From contig JBPQGU010000016.1 in NCBI GenBank assembly GCA_051362555.1, forward strand, positions 3,224,001 to 3,288,000: DNA of 64,000 nt, given 5' to 3'. The first letter of the stretch is position 1. Each line of letters opens with the position of its first letter. This document shows, one piece after another, positions 37,591-51,100 of this stretch. The translations under genes and the position numbers were made by a program. The DNA comes from Lingula anatina. Lineage: Eukaryota; Animalia; Brachiopoda. The notes beneath the pieces are model-generated. The model saw nothing but the letters and a program-made list of their open reading frames with translations. It searched no databases and was not told the DNA's origin.

Positions 37591-40500
37591 GATAATGAAG
37601 AAAAAAATTTTTCAACCCTACCTGGCCAAAATTGAAGAAAACTGCCATATCCGGACCTTACGAAAATCACTCAAAATCACCCAAAAATGACCCGTCACCA
37701 AATTTTCCAAAAAGTGATGAAAATCAATCTACCACACCTGTCATTCATAAAAAATGTGGAAACGCGCCCGGATCACTTCATTAAAGCCCCCAATTTCAGC
37801 TTTAAAGATGGCCAAAAAGCACACCTGAGAACAGGATTTGGAGAGAGGGGGGGTGGAGAGAGTTTTTGCTCTATTTCTTCCTTAATAATGACACAACCAC
37901 TCTTCCAGCACTTTATTCTGACTACAAATGACCAAACACACCTACCAGACACTATAATGAAGAAAAAAATTTTTCAACCCTACCTGGCCAAAATTGAAGA
38001 AAACTGCCATATCCGGACCTTACGAAAATCACTCAAAATCACCCAAAAATGACCCGTCACCAAATTTTCCAAAAAGTGATGAAAATCAATCTACCACACC
38101 TGTCATTCATAAAAAATGTGGAAACGCGCCCGGATCACTTCATTAAAGCCCCCAATTTCAGCTTTAAAGATGGCCAAAAAGCACACCTGAGAACAGGATT
38201 TGGAGAGAGGGGGGGTGGAGAGAGTTTTTGCTCTATTTCTTCCTTAATAATGACACAACCACTCTTCCAGCACTTTATTCTGACTACAAATGACCAAACA
38301 CACCTACCAGACACTATAATGAAGAAAAAAATTTTTCAACCCTACCTGGCCAAAATTGAAGAAAACTGCCATATCCGGACCTTACGAAAATCACTCAAAA
38401 TCACCCAAAAATGACCCGTCACCAAATTTTCCAAAAAGTGATGAAAATCAATCTACCACACCTGTCATTCATAAAAAATGTGGAAACGCGCCCGGATCAC
38501 TTCATTAAAGCCCCCAATTTCAGCTTTAAAGATGGCCAAAAAGCACACCTGAGAACAGGATTTGGAGAGAGGGGGGTGGAGAGAGTTTTTGCTCTATTTC
38601 TTCCTTAATAATGACACAACCACTCTTCCAGCACTTTATTCTGACTACAAATGACCAAACACACCTACCAGACACTATAATGAAGAAAAAAATTTTTCCC
38701 CCAATTTCAGCTTTAAAGATGGCCAAAAAGCACACCTGAGAACAGGATTTGGAGAGAGGGGGGGTGGAGAGAGTTTTTGCTCTATTTCTTCCTTAATAAT
38801 GACACAACCACTCTTCCAGCACTTTATTCTGACTACAAATGACCAAACACACCTACCAGACACTATAATGAAGAAAAAAATTTTTCAACCCTACCTGGCC
38901 AAAATTGAAGAAAACTGCCATATCCGGACCTTACGAAAATCACTCAAAATCACCCAAAAATGACCCGTCACCAAATTTTCCAAAAAGTGATGAAAATCAA
39001 TCTACCACACCTGTCATTCATAAAAAATGTGGAAACGCGCCCGGATCACTTCATTAAAGCCCCCAATTTCAGCTTTAAAGATGGCCAAAAAGCACACCTG
39101 AGAACAGGCTTTGGAGAGAGGGGGGGTGGAGAGAGTTTTTGCTCTATTTCTTCCTTAATAATGACACAACCACTCTTCCAGCACTTTATTCTGACTACAA
39201 ATGACCAAACACACCTACCAGACACTATAATGAAGAAAAAAATTTTTCAACCCTACCTGGCCAAAATTGAAGAAAACTGCCATATCCGGACCTTACGAAA
39301 ATCACTCAAAATCACCCAAAAATGACCCGTCACCAAATTTTCCAAAAAGTGATGAAAATCAATCTACCACACCTGTCATTCATAAAAAATGTGGAAACGC
39401 GCCCGGATCACTTCATTAAAGCCCCCAATTTCAGCTTTAAAGATGGCCAAAAAGCACACCTGAGAACAGGATTTGGAGAGAGGGGGGGTGGAGAGAGTTT
39501 TTGCTCTATTTCTTCCTTAATAATGACACAACCACTCTTCCAGCACTTTATTCTGACTACAAATGACCAAACACACCTACCAGACACTATAATGAAGAAA
39601 AAAATTTTTCAACCCTACCTGGCCAAAATTGAAGAAAACTGCCATATCCGGACCTTACGAAAATCACTCAAAATCACCCAAAAATGACCCGTCACCAAAT
39701 TTTCCAAAAAGTGATGAAAATCAATCTACCACACCTGTCATTCATAAAAAATGTGGAAACGCGCCCGGATCACTTCATTAAAGCCCCCAATTTCAGCTTT
39801 AAAGATGGTCAAAAAGCACACCTGAGAAGAGGATTTGGAGAGAGGGGGGGTGGAGAGAGTTTTTGCTCTATTTCTTCCTTAATAATGACACAACCACTCT
39901 TCCAGCACTTTATTCTGACTACAAATGACCAAACACACCTACCAGACACTATAATGAAGAAAAAAATTTTTCAACCCTACCTGGCCAAAATTGAAGAAAA
40001 CTGCCATATCCGGACCTTACGAAAATCACTCAAAATCACCCAAAAATGACCCGTCACCAAATTTTCCAAAAAGTGATGAAAATCAATCTACCACACCTGT
40101 CATTCATAAAAAATGTGGAAACGCGCCCGGATCACTTCATTAAAGCCCCCAATTTCAGCTTTAAAGATGGCCAAAAAGCACACCTGAGAACAGGATTTGG
40201 AGAGAGGGGGGGTGGAGAGAGTTTTTGCTCTATTTCTTCCTTAATAATGACACAACCACTCTTCCAGCACTTTATTCTGACTACAAATGACCAAACACAC
40301 CTACCAGACACTATAATGAAGAAAAAAATTTTTCAACCCTACCTGGCCAAAATTGAAGAAAACTGCCATATCCGGACCTTACGAAAATCACTCAAAATCA
40401 CCCAAAAATGACCCGTCACCAAATTTTCCAAAAAGTGATGAAAATCAATCTACCACACCTGTCATTCATAAAAAATGTGGAAACGCGCCCGGATCACTTC

Positions 40501-43500
40501 ATTAAAGCCCCCAATTTCAGCTTTAAAGATGGCCAAAAAGCACACCTGAGAACAGTATTTGGAGAGAGGGGGGGTGGAGAGAGTTTTTGCTCTATTTCTT
40601 CCTTAATAATGACACAACCACTCTTCCAGCACTTTATTCTGACTACAAATGACCAAACACACCTACCAGACACTATAATGAAGAAAAAAATTTTTCAACC
40701 CTACCTGGCCAAAATTGAAGAAAACTGCCATATCCGGACCTTACGTAAATCACTCAAAATCACCCAAAAATGACCCGTCACCAAATTTTCCAAAAAGTGA
40801 TGAAAATCAATCTACCACACCTGTCATTCATAAAAAATGTGGAAACGCGCCCGGATCACTTCATTAAAGCCCCCAATTTCAGCTTTAAAGATGGCCAAAA
40901 AGCACACCTGAGAACAGGATTTGGAGAGAGGGGGGGTGGAGAGAGTTTTTGCTCTATTTCTTCCTTAATAATGACACAACCACTCTTCCAGCACTTTATT
41001 CTGACTTCAAATGACCAAACACACCTACCAGACACTATAATGAAGAAAAAAATTTTTCAACCCTACCTGGCCAAAATTGAAGAAAACTGCCATATCCGGA
41101 CCTTACGAAAATCACTCAAAATCACCCAAAAATGACCCGTCACCAAATTTTCCAAAAAGTGATGAAAATCAATCTACCACACCTGTCATTCATAAAAAAT
41201 GTGGAAACGCGCCCGGATCACTTCATTAAAGCCCCCAATTTCAGCTTTAAAGATGGCCAAAAAGCACACCTGAGAACAGGATTTGGAGAGAGGGGGGGTG
41301 GAGAGAGTTTTTGCTCTATTTCTTCCTTAATAATGACACAACCACTCTTCCAGCACTTTATTCTGACTACAAATGACCAAACACACCTACCAGACACTAT
41401 AATGAAGAAAAAAATTTTTCAACCCTACCTGGCCAAAATTGAAGAAAACTGCCATATCCGGACCTTACGAAAATCACTCAAAATCACCCAAAAATGACCC
41501 GTCACCAAATTTTCCAAAAAGTGATGAAAATCAATCTACCACACCTGTCATTCATAAAAAATGTGGAAACGCGCAAGGATCACTTCATTAAAGCCCCCAA
41601 TTTCAGCTTTAAAGATGGCCAAAAAGCACACCTGAGAACAGGATTTGGAGAGAGGGGGGGTGGAGAGAGTTTTTGCTCTATTTCTTCCTTAATAATGACA
41701 CAACCACTCTTCCAGCACTTTATTCTGACTTCAAATGACCAAACACACCTACCAGACACTATAATGAAGAAAAAAATTTTTCAACCCTACCTGGCCAAAA
41801 TTGAAGAAAACTGCCATATCCGGACCTTACGAAAATCACTCAAAATCACCCAAAAATGACCCGTCACCAAATTTTCCAAAAAGTGATGAAAATCAATCTA
41901 CCACACCTGTCATTCATAAAAAATGTGGAAACGCGCCCGGATCACTTCATTAAAGCCCCCAATTTCAGCTTTAAAGATGGCCAAAAAGCACACCTGAGAA
42001 CAGGATTTGGAGAGAGGGGGGGTGGAGAGAGTTTTTGCTCTATTTCTTCCTTAATAATGACACAACCACTCTTCCAGCACTTTATTCTGACTACAAATGA
42101 CCAAACACACCTACCAGACACTATAATGAAGAAAAAAATTTTTCAACCCTACCTGGCCAAAATTGAAGAAAACTGCCATATCCGGACCTTACGAAAATCA
42201 CTCAAAATCACCCAAAAAATGACCCGTCACCAAATTTTCCAAAAAGTGATGAAAATCAATCTACCACACCTGTCATTCATAAAAAATGTGGAAACGCGCC
42301 CGGATCACTTCATTAAAGCCCCCAATTTCAGCTTTAAAGATGGCCAAAAAGCACACCTGAGAACAGGATTTGGAGAGAGGGGGGGTGGAGAGAGTTTTTG
42401 CTCTATTTCTTCCTTAATAATGACACAACCACTCTTCCAGCACTTTATTCTGACTTCAAATGACCAAACACACCTACCAGACACTATAATGAAGAAAAAA
42501 ATTTTTCAACCCTACCTGGCCAAAATTGAAGAAAACTGCCATATCCGGACCTTACGAAAATCACTCAAAATCACCCAAAAATGACCCGTCACCAAATTTT
42601 CCAAAAAGTGATGAAAATCAATCTACCACACCTGTCATTCATAAAAAATGTGGAAACGCGCCCGGATCACTTCATTAAAGCCCCCAATTTCAGCTTTAAA
42701 GATGGCCAAAAAGCACACCTGAGAACAGGATTTGGAGAGAGGGGGGGTGGAGAGAGTTTTTGCTCTATTTCTTCCTTAATAATGACACAACCACTCTTCC
42801 AGCACTTTATTCTGACTACAAATGACCAAACACACCTACCAGACACTATAATGAAGAAAAAAATTTTTCAACCCTACCTGGCTAAAATTGAAGAAAACTG
42901 CCATATCCGGACCTTACGAAAATCACTCAAAATCACCCAAAAATGACCCGTCACCAAATTTTCCAAAAAGTGATGAAAATCAATCTACCACACCTGTCAT
43001 TCATAAAAAATGTGGAAACGCGCAAGGATCACTTCATTAAAGCCCCCAATTTCAGCTTTAAAGATGGCCAAAAAGCACACCTGAGAACAGGATTTGGAGA
43101 GAGGGGGGGTGGAGAGAGTTTTTGCTCTATTTCTTCCTTAATAATGACACAACCACTCTTCCAGCACTTTATTCTGACTTCAAATGACCAAACACACCTA
43201 CCAGACACTATAATGAAGAAAAAAATTTTTCAACCCTACCTGGCCAAAATTGAAGAAAACTGCCATATCCGGACCTTACGAAAATCACTCAAAATCACCC
43301 AAAAAATGACCCGTCACCAAATTTTCCAAAAAGTGATGAAAATCAATCTACCACACCTGTCATTCATAAAAAATGTGGAAACGCGCCCGGATCACTTCAT
43401 TAAAGCCCCCAATTTCAGCTTTAAAGATGGCCAAAAAGCACACCTGAGAACAGGATTTGGAGAGAGGGGGGGTGGAGAGAGTTTTTGCTCTATTTCTTCC

Positions 43501-46500
43501 TTAATAATGACACAACCACTCTTCCAGCACTTTATTCTGACTACAAATGACCAAACACACCTACCAGACACTATAATAAAGAAAAAAATTTTTCAACCCT
43601 ACCTGGCCAAAATTGAAGAAAACTGCCATATCCGGACCTTACGAAAATCACTCAAAATCACCCAAAAATGACCCGTCACCAAATTTTCCAAAAAGTGATG
43701 AAAATCAATCTACCACACCTGTCATTCATAAAAAATGTGGAAACGCGCCCGGATCACTTCATAAAAGCCCCCAATTTCAGCTTTAAAGATGGCCAAAAAG
43801 CACACCTGAGAACAGGATTTGGAGAGAGGGGGGGTGGAGAGAGTTTTTGCTCTATTTCTTCCTTAATAATGACACAACCACTCTTCCAGCACTTTATTCT
43901 GACTACAAATGACCAAACACACCTACCAGACACGATAATGAAGAAAAAAATTTTTCAACCCTACCTGGCCAAAATTGAAGAAAACTGCCATATCCGGACC
44001 TTACGAAAATCACTCAAAATCACCCAAAAATGACCCGTCACCAAATTTTCCAAAAAGTGATGAAAATCAATCTACCACACCTGTCATTCATAAAAAATGT
44101 GGAAACGCGCCCGGATCACTTCATTAAAGCCCCCAATTTCAACTTTAAAGATGGCCAAAAAGCACACCTGAGAACAGGATTTGGAGAGAGGGGGGGTGGA
44201 GAGAGTTTTTGCTCTATTTCTTCCTTAATAATGACACAACCACTCTTCCAGCACTTTATTCTGACTACAAATGACCAAACACACCTACCAGACACTATAA
44301 TGAAGAAAAAAATTTTTCAACCCTACCTGGCCAAAATTGAAGAAAACTGCCATATCCGGACCTTACGAAAATCACTCAAAATCACCCAAAAATGACCCGT
44401 CACCAAATTTTCCAAAAAGTGATGAAAATCAATCTACCACACCTGTCATTCATAAAAAATGTGGAAACGCGCCCGGATCACTTCATTAAAGCCCCCAATT
44501 TCAGCTTTAAAGATGGCCAAAAAGCACACCTGAGAACAGGATTTGGAGAGAGGGGGGGTGGAGAGAGTTTTTGCTCTATTTCTTCCTTAATAATGACACA
44601 ACCACTCTTCCAGCACTTTATTCTGACTACAAATGACCAAACACACCTACCAGACACTATAATGAAGAAAAAAATTTTTCAACCCTACCTGGCCAAAATT
44701 GAAGAAAACTGCCATATCCGGACCTTACGAAAATCACTCAAAATCACCCAAAAATGACCCGTCACCAAATTTTCCAAAAAGTGATGAAAATCAATCTACC
44801 ACACCTGTCATTCATAAAAAATGTGGAAACGCGCCCGGATCACTTCATTAAAGCCCCCAATTTCAGCTTTAAAGATGGCCAAAAAGCACACCTGAGAACA
44901 GGATTTGGAGAGAGGGGGGGTGGAGAGAGTTTTTGCTCTATTTCTTCCTTAATAATGACACAACCACTCTTCCAGCACTTTATTCTGACTACAAATGACC
45001 AAACACACCTACCAGACACTATAATGAAGAAAAAAATTTTTCAACCCTACCTGGCCAAAATTGAAGAAAACTGCCATATCCGGACCTTACGAAAATCACT
45101 CAAAATCACCCAAAAATGACCCGTCACCAAATTTTCCAAAAAGTGATGAAAATCAATCTACCACACCTGTCATTCATAAAAAATGTGGAAACGCGCCCGG
45201 ATCACTTCATTAAAGCCCCCAATTTCAGCTTTAAAGATGGCCAAAAAGCACACCTGAGAACAGGATTTGGAGAGAGGGGGGGTGGAGAGAGTTTTTGCTC
45301 TATTTCTTCCTTAATAATGACACAACCACTCTTCCAGCACTTTATTCTGACTACAAATGACCAAACACACCTACCAGACACGATAATGAAGAAAAAAATT
45401 TTTCAACCCTACCTGGCCAAAATTGAAGAAAACTGCCATATCCGGACCTTACGAAAATCACTCAAAATCACCCAAAAATGACCCGTCACCAAATTTTCCA
45501 AAAAGTGATGAAAATCAATCTACCACACCTGTCATTCATAAAAAATGTGGAAACGCGCCCGGATCACTTCATTAAAGCCCCCAATTTCAGCTTTAAAGAT
45601 GGCCAAAAAGCACACCTGAGAACAGGATTTGGAGAGAGGGGGGGTGGAGAGAGTTTTTGCTCTATTTCTTCCTTAATAATGACACAACCACTCTTCCAGC
45701 ACTTTATTCTGACTACAAATGACCAAACACACCTACCAGACACTATAATGAAGAAAAAAATTTTTCAACCCTACCTGGCCAAAATTGAAGAAAACTGCCA
45801 TATCCGGACCTTACGAAAATCACTCAAAATCACCCAAAAATGACCCGTCACCAAATTTTCCAAAAAGTGATGAAAATCAATCTACCACACCTGTCATTCA
45901 TAAAAAATGTGGAAACGCGCCCGGATCACTTCATTAAAGCCCCCAATTTCAGCTTTAAAGATGGCCAAAAAGCACACCTGAGAACAGGATTTGGAGAGAG
46001 GGGGGGTGGAGAGAGTTTTTGCTCTATTTCTTCCTTAATAATGACACAACCACTCTTCCAGCACTTTATTCTGACTACAAATGACCAAACACACCTACCA
46101 GACACTATAATGAAGAAAAAAATTTTTCAACCCTACCTGGCCAAAATTGAAGAAAACTGCCATATCCGGACCTTACGAAAATCACTCAAAATCACCCAAA
46201 AATGACCCGTCACCAAATTTTCCAAAAAGTGATGAAAATCAATCTACCACACCTGTCATTCATAAAAAATGTGGAAACGCGCCCGGATCACTTCATTAAA
46301 GCCCCCAATTTCAGCTTTAAAGATGGCCAAAAAGCACACCTGAGAACAGGATTTGGAGAGAGGGGGGTGGAGAGAGTTTTTGCTCTATTTCTTCCTTAAT
46401 AATGACACAACCACTCTTCCAGCACTTTATTCTGACTACAAATGACCAAACACACCTACCAGACACTATAATGAAGAAAAAAATTTTTCCCCCAATTTCA

Positions 46501-49500
46501 GCTTTAAAGATGGCCAAAAAGCACACCTGAGAACAGGATTTGGAGAGAGGGGGGGTGGAGAGAGTTTTTGCTCTATTTCTTCCTTAATAATGACACAACC
46601 ACTCTTCCAGCACTTTATTCTGACTACAAATGACCAAACACACCTACCAGACACTATAATGAAGAAAAAAATTTTTCAACCCTACCTGGCCAAAATTGAA
46701 GAAAACTGCCATATCCGGACCTTACGAAAATCACTCAAAATCACCCAAAAATGACCCGTCACCAAATTTTCCAAAAAGTGATGAAAATCAATCTACCACA
46801 CCTGTCATTCATAAAAAATGTGGAAACGCGCCCGGATCACTTCATTAAAGCCCCCAATTTCAGCTTTAAAGATGGCCAAAAAGCACACCTGAGAACAGGC
46901 TTTGGAGAGAGGGGGGGTGGAGAGAGTTTTTGCTCTATTTCTTCCTTAATAATGACACAACCACTCTTCCAGCACTTTATTCTGACTACAAATGACCAAA
47001 CACACCTACCAGACACTATAATGAAGAAAAAAATTTTTCAACCCTACCTGGCCAAAATTGAAGAAAACTGCCATATCCGGACCTTACGAAAATCACTCAA
47101 AATCACCCAAAAATGACCCGTCACCAAATTTTCCAAAAAGTGATGAAAATCAATCTACCACACCTGTCATTCATAAAAAATGTGGAAACGCGCCCGGATC
47201 ACTTCATTAAAGCCCCCAATTTCAGCTTTAAAGATGGCCAAAAAGCACACCTGAGAACAGGATTTGGAGAGAGGGGGGGTGGAGAGAGTTTTTGCTCTAT
47301 TTCTTCCTTAATAATGACACAACCACTCTTCCAGCACTTTATTCTGACTACAAATGACCAAACACACCTACCAGACACTATAATGAAGAAAAAAATTTTT
47401 CAACCCTACCTGGCCAAAATTGAAGAAAACTGCCATATCCGGACCTTACGAAAATCACTCAAAATCACCCAAAAATGACCCGTCACCAAATTTTCCAAAA
47501 AGTGATGAAAATCAATCTACCACACCTGTCATTCATAAAAAATGTGGAAACGCGCCCGGATCACTTCATTAAAGCCCCCAATTTCAGCTTTAAAGATGGT
47601 CAAAAAGCACACCTGAGAAGAGGATTTGGAGAGAGGGGGGGTGGAGAGAGTTTTTGCTCTATTTCTTCCTTAATAATGACACAACCACTCTTCCAGCACT
47701 TTATTCTGACTACAAATGACCAAACACACCTACCAGACACTATAATGAAGAAAAAAATTTTTCAACCCTACCTGGCCAAAATTGAAGAAAACTGCCATAT
47801 CCGGACCTTACGAAAATCACTCAAAATCACCCAAAAATGACCCGTCACCAAATTTTCCAAAAAGTGATGAAAATCAATCTACCACACCTGTCATTCATAA
47901 AAAATGTGGAAACGCGCCCGGATCACTTCATTAAAGCCCCCAATTTCAGCTTTAAAGATGGCCAAAAAGCACACCTGAGAACAGGATTTGGAGAGAGGGG
48001 GGGTGGAGAGAGTTTTTGCTCTATTTCTTCCTTAATAATGACACAACCACTCTTCCAGCACTTTATTCTGACTACAAATGACCAAACACACCTACCAGAC
48101 ACTATAATGAAGAAAAAAATTTTTCAACCCTACCTGGCCAAAATTGAAGAAAACTGCCATATCCGGACCTTACGAAAATCACTCAAAATCACCCAAAAAT
48201 GACCCGTCACCAAATTTTCCAAAAAGTGATGAAAATCAATCTACCACACCTGTCATTCATAAAAAATGTGGAAACGCGCCCGGATCACTTCATTAAAGCC
48301 CCCAATTTCAGCTTTAAAGATGGCCAAAAAGCACACCTGAGAACAGTATTTGGAGAGAGGGGGGGTGGAGAGAGTTTTTGCTCTATTTCTTCCTTAATAA
48401 TGACACAACCACTCTTCCAGCACTTTATTCTGACTACAAATGACCAAACACACCTACCAGACACTATAATGAAGAAAAAAATTTTTCAACCCTACCTGGC
48501 CAAAATTGAAGAAAACTGCCATATCCGGACCTTACGTAAATCACTCAAAATCACCCAAAAATGACCCGTCACCAAATTTTCCAAAAAGTGATGAAAATCA
48601 ATCTACCACACCTGTCATTCATAAAAAATGTGGAAACGCGCCCGGATCACTTCATTAAAGCCCCCAATTTCAGCTTTAAAGATGGCCAAAAAGCACACCT
48701 GAGAACAGGATTTGGAGAGAGGGGGGGTGGAGAGAGTTTTTGCTCTATTTCTTCCTTAATAATGACACAACCACTCTTCCAGCACTTTATTCTGACTTCA
48801 AATGACCAAACACACCTACCAGACACTATAATGAAGAAAAAAATTTTTCAACCCTACCTGGCCAAAATTGAAGAAAACTGCCATATCCGGACCTTACGAA
48901 AATCACTCAAAATCACCCAAAAATGACCCGTCACCAAATTTTCCAAAAAGTGATGAAAATCAATCTACCACACCTGTCATTCATAAAAAATGTGGAAACG
49001 CGCCCGGATCACTTCATTAAAGCCCCCAATTTCAGCTTTAAAGATGGCCAAAAAGCACACCTGAGAACAGGATTTGGAGAGAGGGGGGGTGGAGAGAGTT
49101 TTTGCTCTATTTCTTCCTTAATAATGACACAACCACTCTTCCAGCACTTTATTCTGACTACAAATGACCAAACACACCTACCAGACACTATAATGAAGAA
49201 AAAAATTTTTCAACCCTACCTGGCCAAAATTGAAGAAAACTGCCATATCCGGACCTTACGAAAATCACTCAAAATCACCCAAAAATGACCCGTCACCAAA
49301 TTTTCCAAAAAGTGATGAAAATCAATCTACCACACCTGTCATTCATAAAAAATGTGGAAACGCGCAAGGATCACTTCATTAAAGCCCCCAATTTCAGCTT
49401 TAAAGATGGCCAAAAAGCACACCTGAGAACAGGATTTGGAGAGAGGGGGGGTGGAGAGAGTTTTTGCTCTATTTCTTCCTTAATAATGACACAACCACTC

Positions 49501-51100
49501 TTCCAGCACTTTATTCTGACTTCAAATGACCAAACACACCTACCAGACACTATAATGAAGAAAAAAATTTTTCAACCCTACCTGGCCAAAATTGAAGAAA
49601 ACTGCCATATCCGGACCTTACGAAAATCACTCAAAATCACCCAAAAATGACCCGTCACCAAATTTTCCAAAAAGTGATGAAAATCAATCTACCACACCTG
49701 TCATTCATAAAAAATGTGGAAACGCGCCCGGATCACTTCATTAAAGCCCCCAATTTCAGCTTTAAAGATGGCCAAAAAGCACACCTGAGAACAGGATTTG
49801 GAGAGAGGGGGGGTGGAGAGAGTTTTTGCTCTATTTCTTCCTTAATAATGACACAACCACTCTTCCAGCACTTTATTCTGACTACAAATGACCAAACACA
49901 CCTACCAGACACTATAATGAAGAAAAAAATTTTTCAACCCTACCTGGCCAAAATTGAAGAAAACTGCCATATCCGGACCTTACGAAAATCACTCAAAATC
50001 ACCCAAAAAATGACCCGTCACCAAATTTTCCAAAAAGTGATGAAAATCAATCTACCACACCTGTCATTCATAAAAAATGTGGAAACGCGCCCGGATCACT
50101 TCATTAAAGCCCCCAATTTCAGCTTTAAAGATGGCCAAAAAGCACACCTGAGAACAGGATTTGGAGAGAGGGGGGGTGGAGAGAGTTTTTGCTCTATTTC
50201 TTCCTTAATAATGACACAACCACTCTTCCAGCACTTTATTCTGACTTCAAATGACCAAACACACCTACCAGACACTATAATGAAGAAAAAAATTTTTCAA
50301 CCCTACCTGGCCAAAATTGAAGAAAACTGCCATATCCGGACCTTACGAAAATCACTCAAAATCACCCAAAAATGACCCGTCACCAAATTTTCCAAAAAGT
50401 GATGAAAATCAATCTACCACACCTGTCATTCATAAAAAATGTGGAAACGCGCCCGGATCACTTCATTAAAGCCCCCAATTTCAGCTTTAAAGATGGCCAA
50501 AAAGCACACCTGAGAACAGGATTTGGAGAGAGGGGGGGTGGAGAGAGTTTTTGCTCTATTTCTTCCTTAATAATGACACAACCACTCTTCCAGCACTTTA
50601 TTCTGACTACAAATGACCAAACACACCTACCAGACACTATAATGAAGAAAAAAATTTTTCAACCCTACCTGGCTAAAATTGAGGAAAACTGCCATATCCG
50701 GACCTTACGAAAATCACTCAAAATCACCCAAAAATGACCCGTCACCAAATTTTCCAAAAAGTGATGAAAATCAATCTACCACACCTGTCATTCATAAAAA
50801 ATGTGGAAACGCGCAAGGATCACTTCATTAAAGCCCCCAATTTCAGCTTTAAAGATGGCCAAAAAGCACACCTGAGAACAGGATTTGGAGAGAGGGGGGG
50901 TGGAGAGAGTTTTTGCTCTATTTCTTCCTTAATAATGACACAACCACTCTTCCAGCACTTTATTCTGACTTCAAATGACCAAACACACCTACCAGACACT
51001 ATAATGAAGAAAAAAATTTTTCAACCCTACCTGGCCAAAATTGAAGAAAACTGCCATATCCGGACCTTACGAAAATCACTCAAAATCACCCAAAAAATGA
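37591..51100 (+). repeat. Higher-order block duplication at 7,791 bp offset (at least 37591-~43310 = 45382-~51100)
   Basis: An ordered series of rare variants recurs at +7791: 37591/45382 (cacGataat), 38698/46489 (truncation), 39109/46900 (aggCttt), 39809/47600 (ggTcaaa), 40556/48347 (acagTat), 42883/50674 (ggcTaaa), plus the cgcAAgg and gactTcaa variants. Confidence 0.93.
38411..38959 (+). repeat. 549-bp rearranged unit (1.5 monomers); identical copy at 46202-46750
   Basis: Junction aaatttttC|ccccaatttcag at 38698 and 46489. This equals a 174-bp deletion across two monomers or a 188-bp internal duplication, and it is linked to a G6 run in both copies. Confidence 0.94.
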
